The notes below the pieces were generated by a model. It was not told the origin of the DNA and searched no databases. It was given only the letters and a program-made list of their open reading frames with translations. Source: Ginkgo biloba (Eukaryota > Plantae > Ginkgophyta). From it: a stretch of DNA of 25,068 bases. The stretch covers positions 121,928,513 to 121,953,580 of the forward strand of contig JANKJI020000004.1 of assembly GCA_024626585.2 (NCBI GenBank), in the 5' to 3' direction. The translations under genes and the position numbers were made by a program. Shown in pieces: positions 1 through 10,339 of the stretch (position 1 is the first letter of the stretch; each line of letters begins with the position of its first letter).

Positions 1-830
1 AAATCCTAATGGCATAAGATTCACATTCAATCCTCCAAGTAAGTTATCTTAGATGAAAATTTATACAAAAGGTTAGCTAATGGAGCCTTACATTATTGTG
101 TCATTTAGTATAAACCTAAGATTTTCCTTAACCAGTGTCATTGTGGCATATACAAAGGGATTTTTTCTTCCCTAAGCACTATCTCCAACATCATTAACAT
201 CAATTTTGATTGGCATACACTAAACAAACATTATCATGAATTTATCTCTTATGGACATGCTCCTCCTATCCTATTACAATCCACTATTGTTATTGGCCCC
301 TTTACAGTTGACTGGTTCACTAAGTAAGGTGAGGCCATATTGATTGAGAGGTATAGTGGAAAAATATAATCCATGTTTATATTCAATTATATTATCATGT
401 ATTTTGGAGTTCCTCTAGCCATTGTTTATGACCAAGAAACACATTTCATCATTGAGTTGATGGAAGATATTTTCAATAAACTTAGAATTGATCATTTTAA
501 GTCTTACTCATAATATTACCAAGTGAATGGTCTAGTTAAGTCATTCATTAAAAACCTTTAGATGATTCTCCAACATACTATCAATGAAAATCATCGAGAT
601 TGACACACCAAAATCTATTATATATTATGGTCATCTTGTACCACTATTAAAGTTACAACTAGTTTCACTCATTTTTCTCTTATTGAAGGGTGAGATGTTA
701 TCCCCACTACGATATAGATTCATTCTCTCAAGATAGTTGTTCTCTTTTCATCTAGTCACAATTAAATTAACTAAACTAGGCAACTAGATGAGGATTGATT
801 AAGAGCACTCCAAAATGTAGAAGTTCATAT
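1..830 (+). mobile_element. Degenerate Ty3/gypsy (Tat/Athila-type) integrase remnant
   Basis: Manual translation gives VILDENLYKRLANGALHYC near 45-100. From 403 it reads FGVPLAIVYDQETHF...SYS*YYQVNGLVKSFIKNL*MILQHTINENHRD*HTKIYYILWSSCTTIKVTTSFTHFSLIEG, matching the rve core (FGxPxxIxxDxGxxF, YYPQxNG, DW, LW, TPFxLxYG) with several in-frame stops. Confidence 0.85.
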
Positions 831-1305
831 GAAAACAGAAACTACCCAATAGATTATATTAAATATTAACTAACCCCTATAGATAGATATAGGTTGAATT
901 TAATACTAAAATAAATAACGTGTTAGTATATAAAATGAGTCTTTTATTAGGGTTCTTATGCAAGTGGAGCAAGTACATCTTAAATGAGATTTCTCCTTAG
1001 ATAGATTGATGTAAATCTCTCTTAGTAGAAAACCATCCCTGTAAATTGAATGCAACAAAAGGGAATAAAAATAATGTGTTAGATAAAATAGTGTTAGGGT
1101 TATCACCAAGATGCATTCACATAAAGAAAGAAACCCAAAACATGAGAAGAACTAGAGAATTAAAGTGGAACAAAGATTTCATCTACAAAATGATATTATT
1201 AATTANNNNNNNNNNNNNNNNNNNNNNNNNNNNNNNNNNNNNNNNNNNNNNNNNNNNNNNNNNNNNNNNNNNNNNNNNNNNNNNNNNNNNNNNNNNNNNN
1301 NNNNN

Positions 1306-2201
1306 ACCCTATAGTTCTGACTTAAGCCTAAATTATTTTTTTTTTTAATAAATTTTTGCTTTGTGGCCCTACGTGCCCGTGTGGCTCCTACAATAACTAA
1401 ATTGCATGACTTTTGTCGTGGATTCATCTATGCTGCTCTATCATGGAACTGTTACAAACCTTCAATGCATCCACACCATGTCCTAAACCTGCTACACTAT
1501 AAAAACTTTCGATTCATAACTCTTATTCGTTCATCGGAGGCGCATTTTCTTCTCTCGTCACAACATCCACCTGCTCGCTCTCCCACTATCAAACTCACAA
1601 TGAATTATCCACTGGGTCATAGATCAACCACCATTACAACACTGCTTTCTCCTCACACCATCCATAAACTCTACATGGTTCTTCTCCTCAAGGATCACAA
1701 CTCACCTCTTCTCTCTGCGATGTGGCTCCCTCTTCCACGGTACTCAAGAACCTGCAATGTTTAGAGTTGCACCCTCTATTCATAATGTTCTAGAATCTTC
1801 ACTTGGGCTAACTCACTACTTAGTGAACCTCTATTCTACCACAGACTCACCACTTCCACGAATAACATTCTCAGCTGGTGTAAATTCTTCAAACTCCAGA
1901 ATGCCACTCCTTTAAATTTTTTATCTCCTCTGTTCGGGAACTCACACATTTTCTTGAAAGTTTTAAATGCTATCTTCAATGAGTAGAAACCACTAACATT
2001 CTTCCTCAAATGTCCAACATTTTTATTTGGTGCTAGGGTTTGAACCAATAAATTTGACACAGTTCTTTAATTTTTCCCTAGGGTTTGAACCTTCAAAAAA
2101 TTTGAATCCACAAACAAATACTGCAACCAGGGTTTGAAACCTTTTCAATTCTTCACCACTTAAATCCATGAACCACTCCCAAACCACATGCTCTGATACC
2201 A
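1306..2201 (-). mobile_element. 5' internal region (leader plus decayed gag-like segment) of a minus-strand LTR retrotransposon
   Basis: Lies directly downstream, on the minus strand, of a tRNA-Met PBS. Minus translation of ~1345-1410 is MQFSYCRSHTGT*GHKAKIY, resembling a decayed CCHC zinc knuckle. Superfamily cannot be determined. Confidence 0.6.
2189..2201 (-). promoter_or_regulatory. Primer binding site complementary to initiator tRNA-Met
   Basis: Plus TGCTCTGATACCA equals minus TGGTATCAGAGCA, the canonical plant LTR PBS. It sits 2 nt after a minus-strand ...GTTCACA LTR end. Confidence 0.9.
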
Positions 2202-2203
2202 CA

Positions 2204-3455
2204 TGTGAACTCAGGATCATGGACGATAATGAGAAAATTCAAGAATACACAAGAATTAACACACTACACCAAATGTTTGGGTAGAATTGGTCTATCATAA
2301 TTTTTCTTATTGGAGTACTCTGAATTGATGATAGTATAATGGGTATGAGTTCTATTAAATAGACAACCCAAACAATAACTTCCTTCAAAAGTTATAATTA
2401 GGAATAAATAATTACATCATTAAATACATAATGTACAATTACATTAATATCAATGACTAAACANNNNNNNNNNNNNNNNNNNNNNNNNNNNNNNNNNNNN
2501 NNNNNNNNNNNNNNNNNNNNNNNNNNNNNNNNNNNNNNNNNNNNNNNNNNNNNNNNNNNNNNNNNNNNNNNNNNNNNNNNNNNNNNNNNNNNNNNNNNNN
2601 NNNNNNNNNNNNNNNNNNNNNNNNNNNNNNNNNNNNNNNNNNNNNNNNNNNNNNNNNNNNNNNNNNNNNNNNNNNNNNNNNNNNNNNNNNNNNNNNNNNN
2701 NNNNNNNNNNNNNNNNNNNNNNNNNNNNNNNNNNNNNNNNNNNNNNNNNNNNNNNNNNNNNNNNNNNNNNNNNNNNNNNNNNNNNNNNNNNNNNNNNNNN
2801 NNNNNNNNNNNNNNNNNNNNNNNNNNNNNNNNNNNNNNNNNNNNNNNNNNNNNNNNNNNNNNNNNNNNNNNNNNNNNNNNNNNNNNNNNNNNNNNNNNNN
2901 NNNNNNNNNNNNNNNNNNNNNNNNNNNNNNNNNNNNNNNNNNNNNNNNNNNNNNNNNNNNNNNNNNNNNNNNNNNNNNNNNNNNNNNNNNNNNNNNNNNN
3001 NNNNNNNNNNNNNNNNNNNNNNNNNNNNNNNNNNNNNNNNNNNNNNNNNNNNNNNNNNNNNNNNNNNNNNNNNNNNNNNNNNNNNNNNNNNNNNNNNNNN
3101 NNNNNNNNNNNNNNNNNNNNNNNNNNNNNNNNNNNNNNNNNNNNNNNNNNNNNNNNNNNNNNNNNNNNNNNNNNNNNNNNNNNNNNNNNNNNNNNNNNNN
3201 NNNNNNNNNNNNNNNNNNNNNNNNNNNNNNNNNNNNNNNNNNNNNNNNNNNNNNNNNTTACAACCGTGATAGGGTTAGGATTACTCGATACTTTCAAGAA
3301 AAATTGATTCATCAATAAGAGTAGGCTATTAGTAATGATTGATCTAGGAATCATCCTAAACATCCTAGATAAAAAATAAATCAAAATACTAGGGATTTAT
3401 ATAGACACAAGAAAAATATTCTTGATAAGTGTTCTAGGGACTTTTATATTTCTCA
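2204..3455 (-). repeat. Putative 5' LTR (spans a 794-N gap)
   Basis: Begins TGTGAA next to the PBS and ends TTCTCA, giving imperfect terminal inverted repeats, exactly where gypsy pol homology starts. Minus-strand TATA-like motifs occur at ~2352 and ~3395. Two such motifs could instead mean two LTRs hidden across the gap. Confidence 0.5.
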
Positions 3456-4632
3456 AATATATGCAAAGATAACAACTCCTCTAATGGACCTCACAAAGAA
3501 GGAGGCCTTCAAATAAAGCAAAGAAATAAACCAATCATTCTAATAATTAAAAAGAGAATACATAACAACACTAGTCCTATCCTCATTAAATATTTTTAAA
3601 CCATTCACCCTTAAATGAGATTCCTTATAAATAGGATTAGGTACATTTGTGATGTAAGAGGGAAGATCAATCATCTATGAAAGAAGGAAATTAAATGAAA
3701 GGAAGAGGATCATGTATACATATAATAATGAAATGTTATAAATTATGCATAGCCCCTGAAAATGGAAGTAATACTTACTCATGAGTAAGTTTAAGATAAA
3801 TACTAACCATAACAATCTTAAGTACCTACTTCAACAAAGATTACTTACAAACAAACAAAGAAAATGGATTGAAAAAATCTATGCCTTAAAATTTGTTATT
3901 AGATATAAAAAGGAAAATAAAATATTGTAGTATATGCATTATAAAGGAACTTTGAATAAACTAGTATTAATGAAATGTCTAGAGTAAAACCAATTTGGGT
4001 AATTAAGGTATAAGAAGAATATAATAAAGATCCCAAGATAATATAGGTGATTCACGACATACTATAAAATAAAAAGGACAAAATGTGGAAAGTAAAGAAT
4101 GGGAGCATGATATTTAAAGGGAGAATATATCTCAATAGAGGATCAAAATTTATTAAAAGAGCCATGGAAGAAGGCCACACGACACCATCTGCAAGGCACA
4201 TTGGGTTTCAAAAGACGTATAAAAGCATCAATCATTTATTTTACTGGCTCGAGATGAAGAATGATATCACAAGGTTTGTGGCAGAATGTGACACTTGCCA
4301 ACGACAAAAATCAGAGACAATCCGATTACACAAAAAATTACAACCAATGAATGTCCCAAATTAAAAATGGGAAGAAATAGAGATGGATTTCATTATAGGA
4401 CTACTGAATTCCGAAGGAAAGGATGTCGTGCTTGTGGTAGTGGATAGACTTACAAAGTACGCACACTTTATTCCCATCACATCAAAACAAAAGGCACCAG
4501 AAATAGCAGAAATATTTATGAAGTATATAAATTGGATGGGTTACCCAAGAGAATCAATTGTGATCGAGACCCAAAATTTACAAGCCATTTTTGGCAAGAG
4601 TTATTCAAGCTAGTTGAAACAAAATTCAATAT
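3456..4632 (+). mobile_element. Degenerate Ty3/gypsy chromovirus-like pol: RT C-terminus, RNase H and integrase
   Basis: RNase H: YAKITTPLMDLTKKEAF, KPFTLK*DS, KWK*YLL, TNHNNLKYLLQQ, RKWIEKI. Integrase HHCC: HTTPSARHIGFQKTY...FYWLEMKNDITRFVAECDTCQRQK. Integrase core: MDFIIGL...VVVDRLTKYAHFIP and GLPKRINCDRDPKFTSHFWQELF. Stops and frameshifts are present. Confidence 0.93.
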
Positions 4633-4756
4633 NNNNNNNNNNNNNNNNNNNNNNNNNNNNNNNNNNNNNNNNNNNNNNNNNNNNNNNNNNNNNNNNNNNN
4701 NNNNNNNNNNNNNNNNNNNNNNNNNNNNNNNNGTTTGAATAAAAATGGTGGATTTT

Positions 4757-4787
4757 TGTTGCAATTCCACCTAGTGGAATTGCAACA
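4757..4787. repeat. Perfect 14-bp inverted repeat with 3-nt loop
   Basis: TGTTGCAATTCCAC-CTA-GTGGAATTGCAACA, extending imperfectly to ~4745-4798. Confidence 0.9.
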
Positions 4788-5167
4788 TTTCCACCCATGA
4801 TTTTTTCACTCGATGGTTTCCACGCAAATCTAAAAAATATTAATGGATATATTGTTGGCCGCATAAATACCGTTGGGTTGTCTATGTGCCCATCAAATTT
4901 TTTATCAATGCGCATTGAAGATCATATAATTCCATCCAATGGANNNNNNNNNNNNNNNNNNNNNTAAGTGGAAATACAACATAGAAGTGTCTAAATTCAA
5001 TAGCCCTAGTAGGAATGCATTTAGGTGTGACTCTAATATACGGTGTTGAAAAGACGTGTATTTTAGGTTCAAAGCTCAGCAATGAACACATTGTTTGTTG
5101 TTAAGCAATTCCACGGGTAGAATTGAGTCCCAACAAAATTTTGATGAGCGCAAAGACGCCGCCGTGT

Positions 5168-5175
5168 GTGGGCCC
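5168..5175. promoter_or_regulatory. TCP / site-II-like element GTGGGCCC
   Basis: Exact GTGGGCCC inside a CpG-rich stretch ~115 nt upstream of a strong splice donor. Motif match only. Confidence 0.35.
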
Positions 5176-5289
5176 CGTGGGGGGACGAATATTACACGAT
5201 TTTAGTAAGGTGAAATTCCTTTTGTCCACGTTCTCAAGAGCGAAACGTCGTTTACGGCACACAGAAACAGACGGAAAGAGACAAAGGCG

Positions 5290-5624
5290 GTAAGTGGTAA
5301 TCACAAACCAGATATTAAGGTACGAGAAAATACGTTGTTTAGTGGGGGCCTGGTTTTGCCTCGGACTTGGCGATACCTTCAAGTGGTTTTCCATAATGAT
5401 AATCCCATCTGTATATGGAATATCGCGTTATTAGTTTGTCCTGCACGCTTTACTGCTTATGTCCACATTCTTCGAATGTCCATGGCGTCTGATATACAAG
5501 TTTCGATGCATGAACCCTCCTCCTCCTCATATAGGTCATTCCCCGACTCTTCTATTCTCAAGGGCTTTATAATATTTGCTAATAGCGTTTCGTTTGTAAG
5601 AAACAACTGGTGTTTTGTCTTCAG
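5290..5624 (+). other. Putative spliceosomal intron of an unidentified transcript
   Basis: Donor CG|GTAAGT at 5290 (alternative AAG|GTACGA at 5320), branch-like CTAAT at 5579-5583, acceptor TGTTTTGTCTTCAG ending 5624, and a T-rich interior. Confidence 0.45.
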
Positions 5625-5641
5625 GCTGTTTAAAGAGCTCG

Positions 5642-5833
5642 ATGGAGTTCCAAGTTCAATTCTCAGAAACCCTGTCTCTTGTTCTTTTGCTTGTCCTGAT
5701 CTTCTATTTTAGTCTTCGGTTTATGGAGAATATGTGGAGTTGTAGGGCTACTGTTCCTCTGGATTGTTGTTTACCCTTTGTATGGGAACAACATAGCTTT
5801 TCCAACGGATCTGAAAAGCCATTAATAGGTTGA
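5642..5833 (+). CDS. Hypothetical 63-aa small protein with hydrophobic N-terminal segment
   Basis: First ATG after the putative acceptor (ctcgATGG). Sequence: MEFQVQFSETLSLVLLLVLIFYFSLRFMENMWSCRATVPLDCCLPFVWEQHSFSNGSEKPLIG*. No family recognised. Confidence 0.25.
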   Translation: MEFQVQFSETLSLVLLLVLIFYFSLRFMENMWSCRATVPLDCCLPFVWEQHSFSNGSEKPLIG

Positions 5834-6649
5834 AAACTTTCACGGCTGAGCAACACATGGATGGATTATTTGAGCTTAATACAGGAAGATAAATTCTGGC
5901 TGGTGCGAGGGGAACCGGTAAAGCATGCGAACCTGCTAACTGTTTCGAACCCAGCTTATCTGTCTACAAATATGGTGTTATATGGACGACGCACGCGGGA
6001 GTCGAACCCGCCACCGGGAAACCTATGAAGATTTGCTTTGAAAAACTGTGTATTTTGTTGATATGAAAATATTTGGGGATGAAAGTTTTTGTTGCGTGAT
6101 TTCATTGTGGCTCAAATTTTTAATCAATTAAAAATATATATTTCTTCTTTAGCCATGGCACTTTTTAGTTTGTGTTTGGAAGAAACAGAAGACCGCAAGA
6201 AATGTTCTTCGATTCAGATCGAAGTTTGAAACGGCAAANNNNNNNNNNNNNNNNNNNNNNNNNNNNNNNNNNNNNNNNNNNNNNNNNNNNNNNNNNNNNN
6301 NNNNNNNNNNNNNNNNNNNNNNNNNNNNNNNNNNNNNNAGAACAGAGTGGGAGAATAGATGAAAAATAAGACCAAATGTTATACCTATGGAAATTTTTTT
6401 CCATAGGTAAAGGACTAGTAGATACAATTCAAAAGTTTCATGCGAGATCATAATTTGGGCATATTATTTGAGCTTTAGAACAGGAGGGTTACACAATTGA
6501 CCTGTCTGAACCTCCTAGTTATAAATTTGGTTATGACTTTGGTAGATTGATGCAACTAGATAGGGGTATCATTATGAAGATGCTTAATTTGATTTAACAA
6601 ATTCTTGGGAAGATTGGCCTCGAGAGCATGGAAGAACACTCTTAAGAAA

Positions 6650-7420
6650 CATCTATCCACCAAACAAGTACAACATAAAAGATGGAAAAATACAATGAGA
6701 AATACGTAACTAGATCTGCATCACTAAAAAAATTACAACATTCTTATAAGAACTTTAGAATCACACATCTAGAGTATAGACATCTTCCACAAGGCACATA
6801 TTCTAGTCCAAGGGTTGAATAAGTAACAAATTATAGTAGATTCAATTTGAAGCTAAATGGATCAGATTCTCAGGTAGGTCCAAAAAAGATGTACTAGCAA
6901 TTCCTCCACATCATAGAAGGGGCACAACACTTAAGGAAAAACACTTAGAAGTTGCATTGAACTACTCCCACGTATAGGTAGACCATTATGAAGTATTAAC
7001 CACGAAAATAGCTTTTCCTTTCCTTCAATATTTATGTTCTATATGAGACTGTGACATATTGGCCATGATTGAGGTGGTTCAACTCACTTCCAAATGTTGT
7101 TACATATTTCTTTCATGTCTAAAAAATCCCTAAGTAGTTTATATAGTGTTTCAACTTTCAACTTTCTCTTGAAGGGAGTATTTGGGATCCAAGGCCTTGT
7201 ATACCTTAAAATCTTACTTATGACATCTTCTAGCATTGCCCTAAGAATTTTATAGAACAACTCCAAGTGAGGATTAGGGAATACCCTTTGGTCCCTAAGC
7301 TCTTACCAAATGTACCAACTCCCCCATTAGTGATTTCATAGATTGCTAATTTCTCGAATCCCCTTTTTATACCAAGACTCAATGTGCCTCAAAAAATCCA
7401 TCCCAAAGGGTTTACCCCTC
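6650..7420 (-). mobile_element. L1-type LINE ORF2 C-terminal remnant (zf-RVT)
   Basis: Minus translation ~7030-6845 is IEGKEKLFSWLILHNGLPIRG...VLCPFYDVEELLVHLFWTYLRI*SI*, matching KxKxFxW...LP...CxxC...E...HLFxxC...W. Boundaries are approximate. Confidence 0.75.
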
Positions 7421-8041
7421 ATATTGCATATGCATATTCTATCAAATGTATAATTGTGAAATAGAAACCCTTTTCGATGACCTTGCCCCTATAATTAGAG
7501 AAAATAAAACAATTTCCAAAATTTTTGAATTTGGCCTGCACGTGCCTTGCGCGTCGCTCGACCAGCAAACTCAGCAATTTTTTGATTGAATGGCAGTTGT
7601 GATTCAATTTTTGGGGACTGTAGTGGGTTTGTGGCTGGTCTGGATGCTTACTATGAGAATTGTTGCAAGGACTTTACATCGAAAGCTTCTTTTTCCCTGT
7701 ACAGTTGCTCCATCGACCCCCATGCCTCTTCAATCAAATGATGCTCAACTCTCCTCCTAGCCACCCTTTTGGATAGTTTAATAGTAGTTCCATTATTAAC
7801 ACTCCTAGTTAAATAATTAAAAACATACGCAATGTATAGTTTTCAATGCTCATAAGGTTAACGGAACTCAAAATATTATTCAATAGAGTTTATGGATGGA
7901 TGGACGGATGGATGTACATTCCAATTTTTTTAGATATATAGNNNNNNNNNNNNNNNNNNNNNNNNNNNNNNNNNNNNNNNNNNNNNNNNNNNNNNNNNNN
8001 NNNNNNNNNNNNNNNNNNNNNNNNNNNNNNNNNNNNNNNNN

Positions 8042-9177
8042 CATTTGAAGGTATCTTGCTTGAGATAATTTTTTAACATTCTAGTATGCAAATTTCTTTT
8101 TTTTTTTTTTTTTGGTACATTCCCACATTTGTCCTCCATTTATATTAAATCCAGATGGAATGCTCAAGAATCAAAATATCTCCCCATTAGCAATAATATT
8201 CCATCCATACTTTTTAGACATGGGTGATGAGATCCCTTTTAAAGAGTGTTGTTATTATGCCCTCTTAAGTAGGTAACCCATAACATCAGTTGAAATGGCA
8301 TATAATAAAGGCACTAAGGGGAACCCCTAAGTGATCAATAGTTGGATATTAATAAACTTGAACAATTTCCCATTAATAATTACCTCTTGGAAGAGAACTT
8401 TCACTCCATTGCAAGAATAACATCGAAAACCAATTCTTTTGAGCATAGCCAAGATGAAATCCCAATGGACCTTATCATAGTCTTTTTCGACATCAATCTT
8501 AAAAAAAAGAGGGTCCTATCGGGATTCCCTCATCCACTTCATGCCTTCACTCAAACCTAGGTTATTATCCAAAATGAATCTACCTTTAATGAACCTCGAT
8601 TGCTCCACTCTAACAATCCCCTACGGTGCTTGCCTAGTCTGCAATTTTAGCACTATGCCTAGAACTTTATAGGATACATTCAACAACATAGTTGGGTTCC
8701 ACCCCCCAACTGCTTATGAATCCCCTCATTATTTGGGTATAAGTTTAATAACTCACACATTGATCCTCTCTCCTAGCTTAATCTTGTGAATCACTTCCTC
8801 AAAGAGAACATAGAATTCCTTGCCTATTATTTCCCATTTTTCTTTATAAAATTCAATTGATATACCATCTCCCCCTAGTGATTTCTCTACTGACATGGAC
8901 CAAAATTCCTCCTTAACTTCANNNNNNNNNNNNNNNNNNNNNNNNNNNNNNNNNNNNNNNNNNNNNNNNNGGTTGTGTTCTTTGGGGATTTTAGTAGGGA
9001 CCACTTCAAGACATATGTTTAAAACTAGATTCCTTTGCTTGTCTAAATCATTCTTCTTAAAAGTGGAGGGGAAATGGTATATCAGGATGTTACGAATATC
9101 CTCTAGAGCTTTCTTTTGAATCCCATTACCATACTTCAATGTTAATAGCTTTGAAGCTCCTTCCTCATTCTATAAAG
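8042..9177 (-). mobile_element. L1-type LINE ORF2 reverse transcriptase remnant
   Basis: KSLGGDGISIEFYKEKWEIIG (KSPGPDG motif), WNPTMLLNVSYKVL (RPISLLN..YKI), GRFILDN, YDKVHWDF and GFPLVPLLY (QGDPLSP), with many lesions. Confidence 0.9.
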
Positions 9178-9650
9178 NNNNNNNNNNNNNNNNNNNNNNN
9201 NNNNNNNNNNNNNNNNNNNNNNNNNNNNNNNNNNNNNNNNNNNNNNNNNNNNNNNNNNNNNNNNNNNNNNNNNNNNNNNNNNNNNNNNNNNNNNNNNNNN
9301 NNNNNNNNNNNNNNNNNNNNNNNNNNNNNNNNNNNNNNNNNNNNNNNNNNNNNNNNNNNNNNNNNNNNNNNNNNNNNNNNNNNNNNNNNNNNNNNNNNNN
9401 NNNNNNNNNNNNNNNNNNNNNNNNNNNNNNNNNNNNNNNNNNNNNNNNNNNNNNNNNNNNNNNNNNNNNNNNNNNNNNNNNNNNNNNNNNNNNNNNNNNN
9501 NNNNNNNNNNNNNNNNNNNNNNNNNNNNNNNNNNNNNNNNNNNNNNNNNNNNNNNNNNNNNNNNNNNNNNNNNNNNNNNNNNNNNNNNNNNNNNNNNNNN
9601 NNNNNNNNNNNNNNNNNNNNNNNNNNNNNNNNNNNNNNNNNNNNNNNNNN

Positions 9651-9704
9651 NATGATTGATCTCAACATGTTTTGTCTTTGAATGGTACACTATATTTTTT
9701 GCTA
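9651..9704 (-). mobile_element. Ty1/copia RNase H fragment
   Basis: LAKNIVYHSKTKHVEINH matches the copia AxNPVxHxRTKHIxIxxH motif and runs into a 473-N gap. Confidence 0.8.
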
Positions 9705-10331
9705 AAAGGGACCTTACATCTTGTCTTTCAAATAACAAAGAAAATTTGTCCTCTAACTACATTCCACCACTCAATCAAACCATCCTCGTGAAAGAAGATG
9801 CTATCATTAACTTCTTGTAAGCCTATCTTATATCCCATCAAACTTTCCAAGGAACGCAAACATTGACTTCAACACTTTTAAGCAAATTAAAATCCCCTAG
9901 TATCATCCAATATGCTTTAGGCAAATTACTACGCATCCATTCCTAAAGAATATTTTTTTAATGTAGTTCATTAGGAGTATAGATAGTTACCAGCCCAAGT
10001 GTTTTAGAGTTTATCTCAAACATAACCCAAACTACTTGATTGTGTAGTTTACATCCATAAGAGACCATGTGCTAATCCAAATACTCTGGAAAATAAAGAA
10101 TAAAGCCCCTAGATCCTTTTGATTATTGAAAGGCTATAAACTTCAACAACCCCAAACTGATTATGTTATCCTTCTCGACTAAAAATATTATACCTTAGCC
10201 CTTATAGGGCTTAAGAAATTAAGAACATATGTCTTTCACATTATTGAGTGTAGCAAAAGGCCCCTTTTTTATGGGAGAGTCGATCCTTCAACATCTAAGA
10301 TGAAAAAACAAAGATAGATATATGAGATCAT
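9705..10331 (-). mobile_element. L1-type LINE ORF2 AP-endonuclease remnant
   Basis: Decayed SWNVRG-like start (..IDSPIKR), LGLVTIYTPNE (NIYAPN) and SNLPKAYWMILGDFNLLK (GDFN motif at ~9880-9930). Confidence 0.85.
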
Positions 10332-10339
10332 AATGGGAT

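Noticed and set aside
855-1205. LTR fragment interrupting the integrase
   Set aside because: The composition is LTR-like, but no verifiable terminus, PBS/PPT or partner copy is present.
1363-1764. 133-aa + strand ORF (likewise 10703-11086 + and 13445-13774 -) as host genes
   Set aside because: These are antisense to TE sequence or low-complexity AT-rich frames, with no recognisable motifs.
2398-3384. Long ORFs in the ORF track (also 9139-9738 and 20458-20979)
   Set aside because: They consist mostly of translated N gaps.
5400-5700. Telomerase RNA or snRNA gene
   Set aside because: No USE+TATA promoter, no full CTAAACCCT-type template and no recognisable snRNA 5' sequence.
5457-5708. Minus-strand exon ending …EEEEGSCIETCISDAMDIRRMWT*
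   Set aside because: The frame is open but has no credible upstream start or acceptor, and the implied intron would be A-rich. Splice signals favour the + strand.
5983-6060. Complete tRNA gene
   Set aside because: Only a T-arm and 3'-like tail are present. No acceptor 5' strand, D-arm or anticodon arm can be folded.
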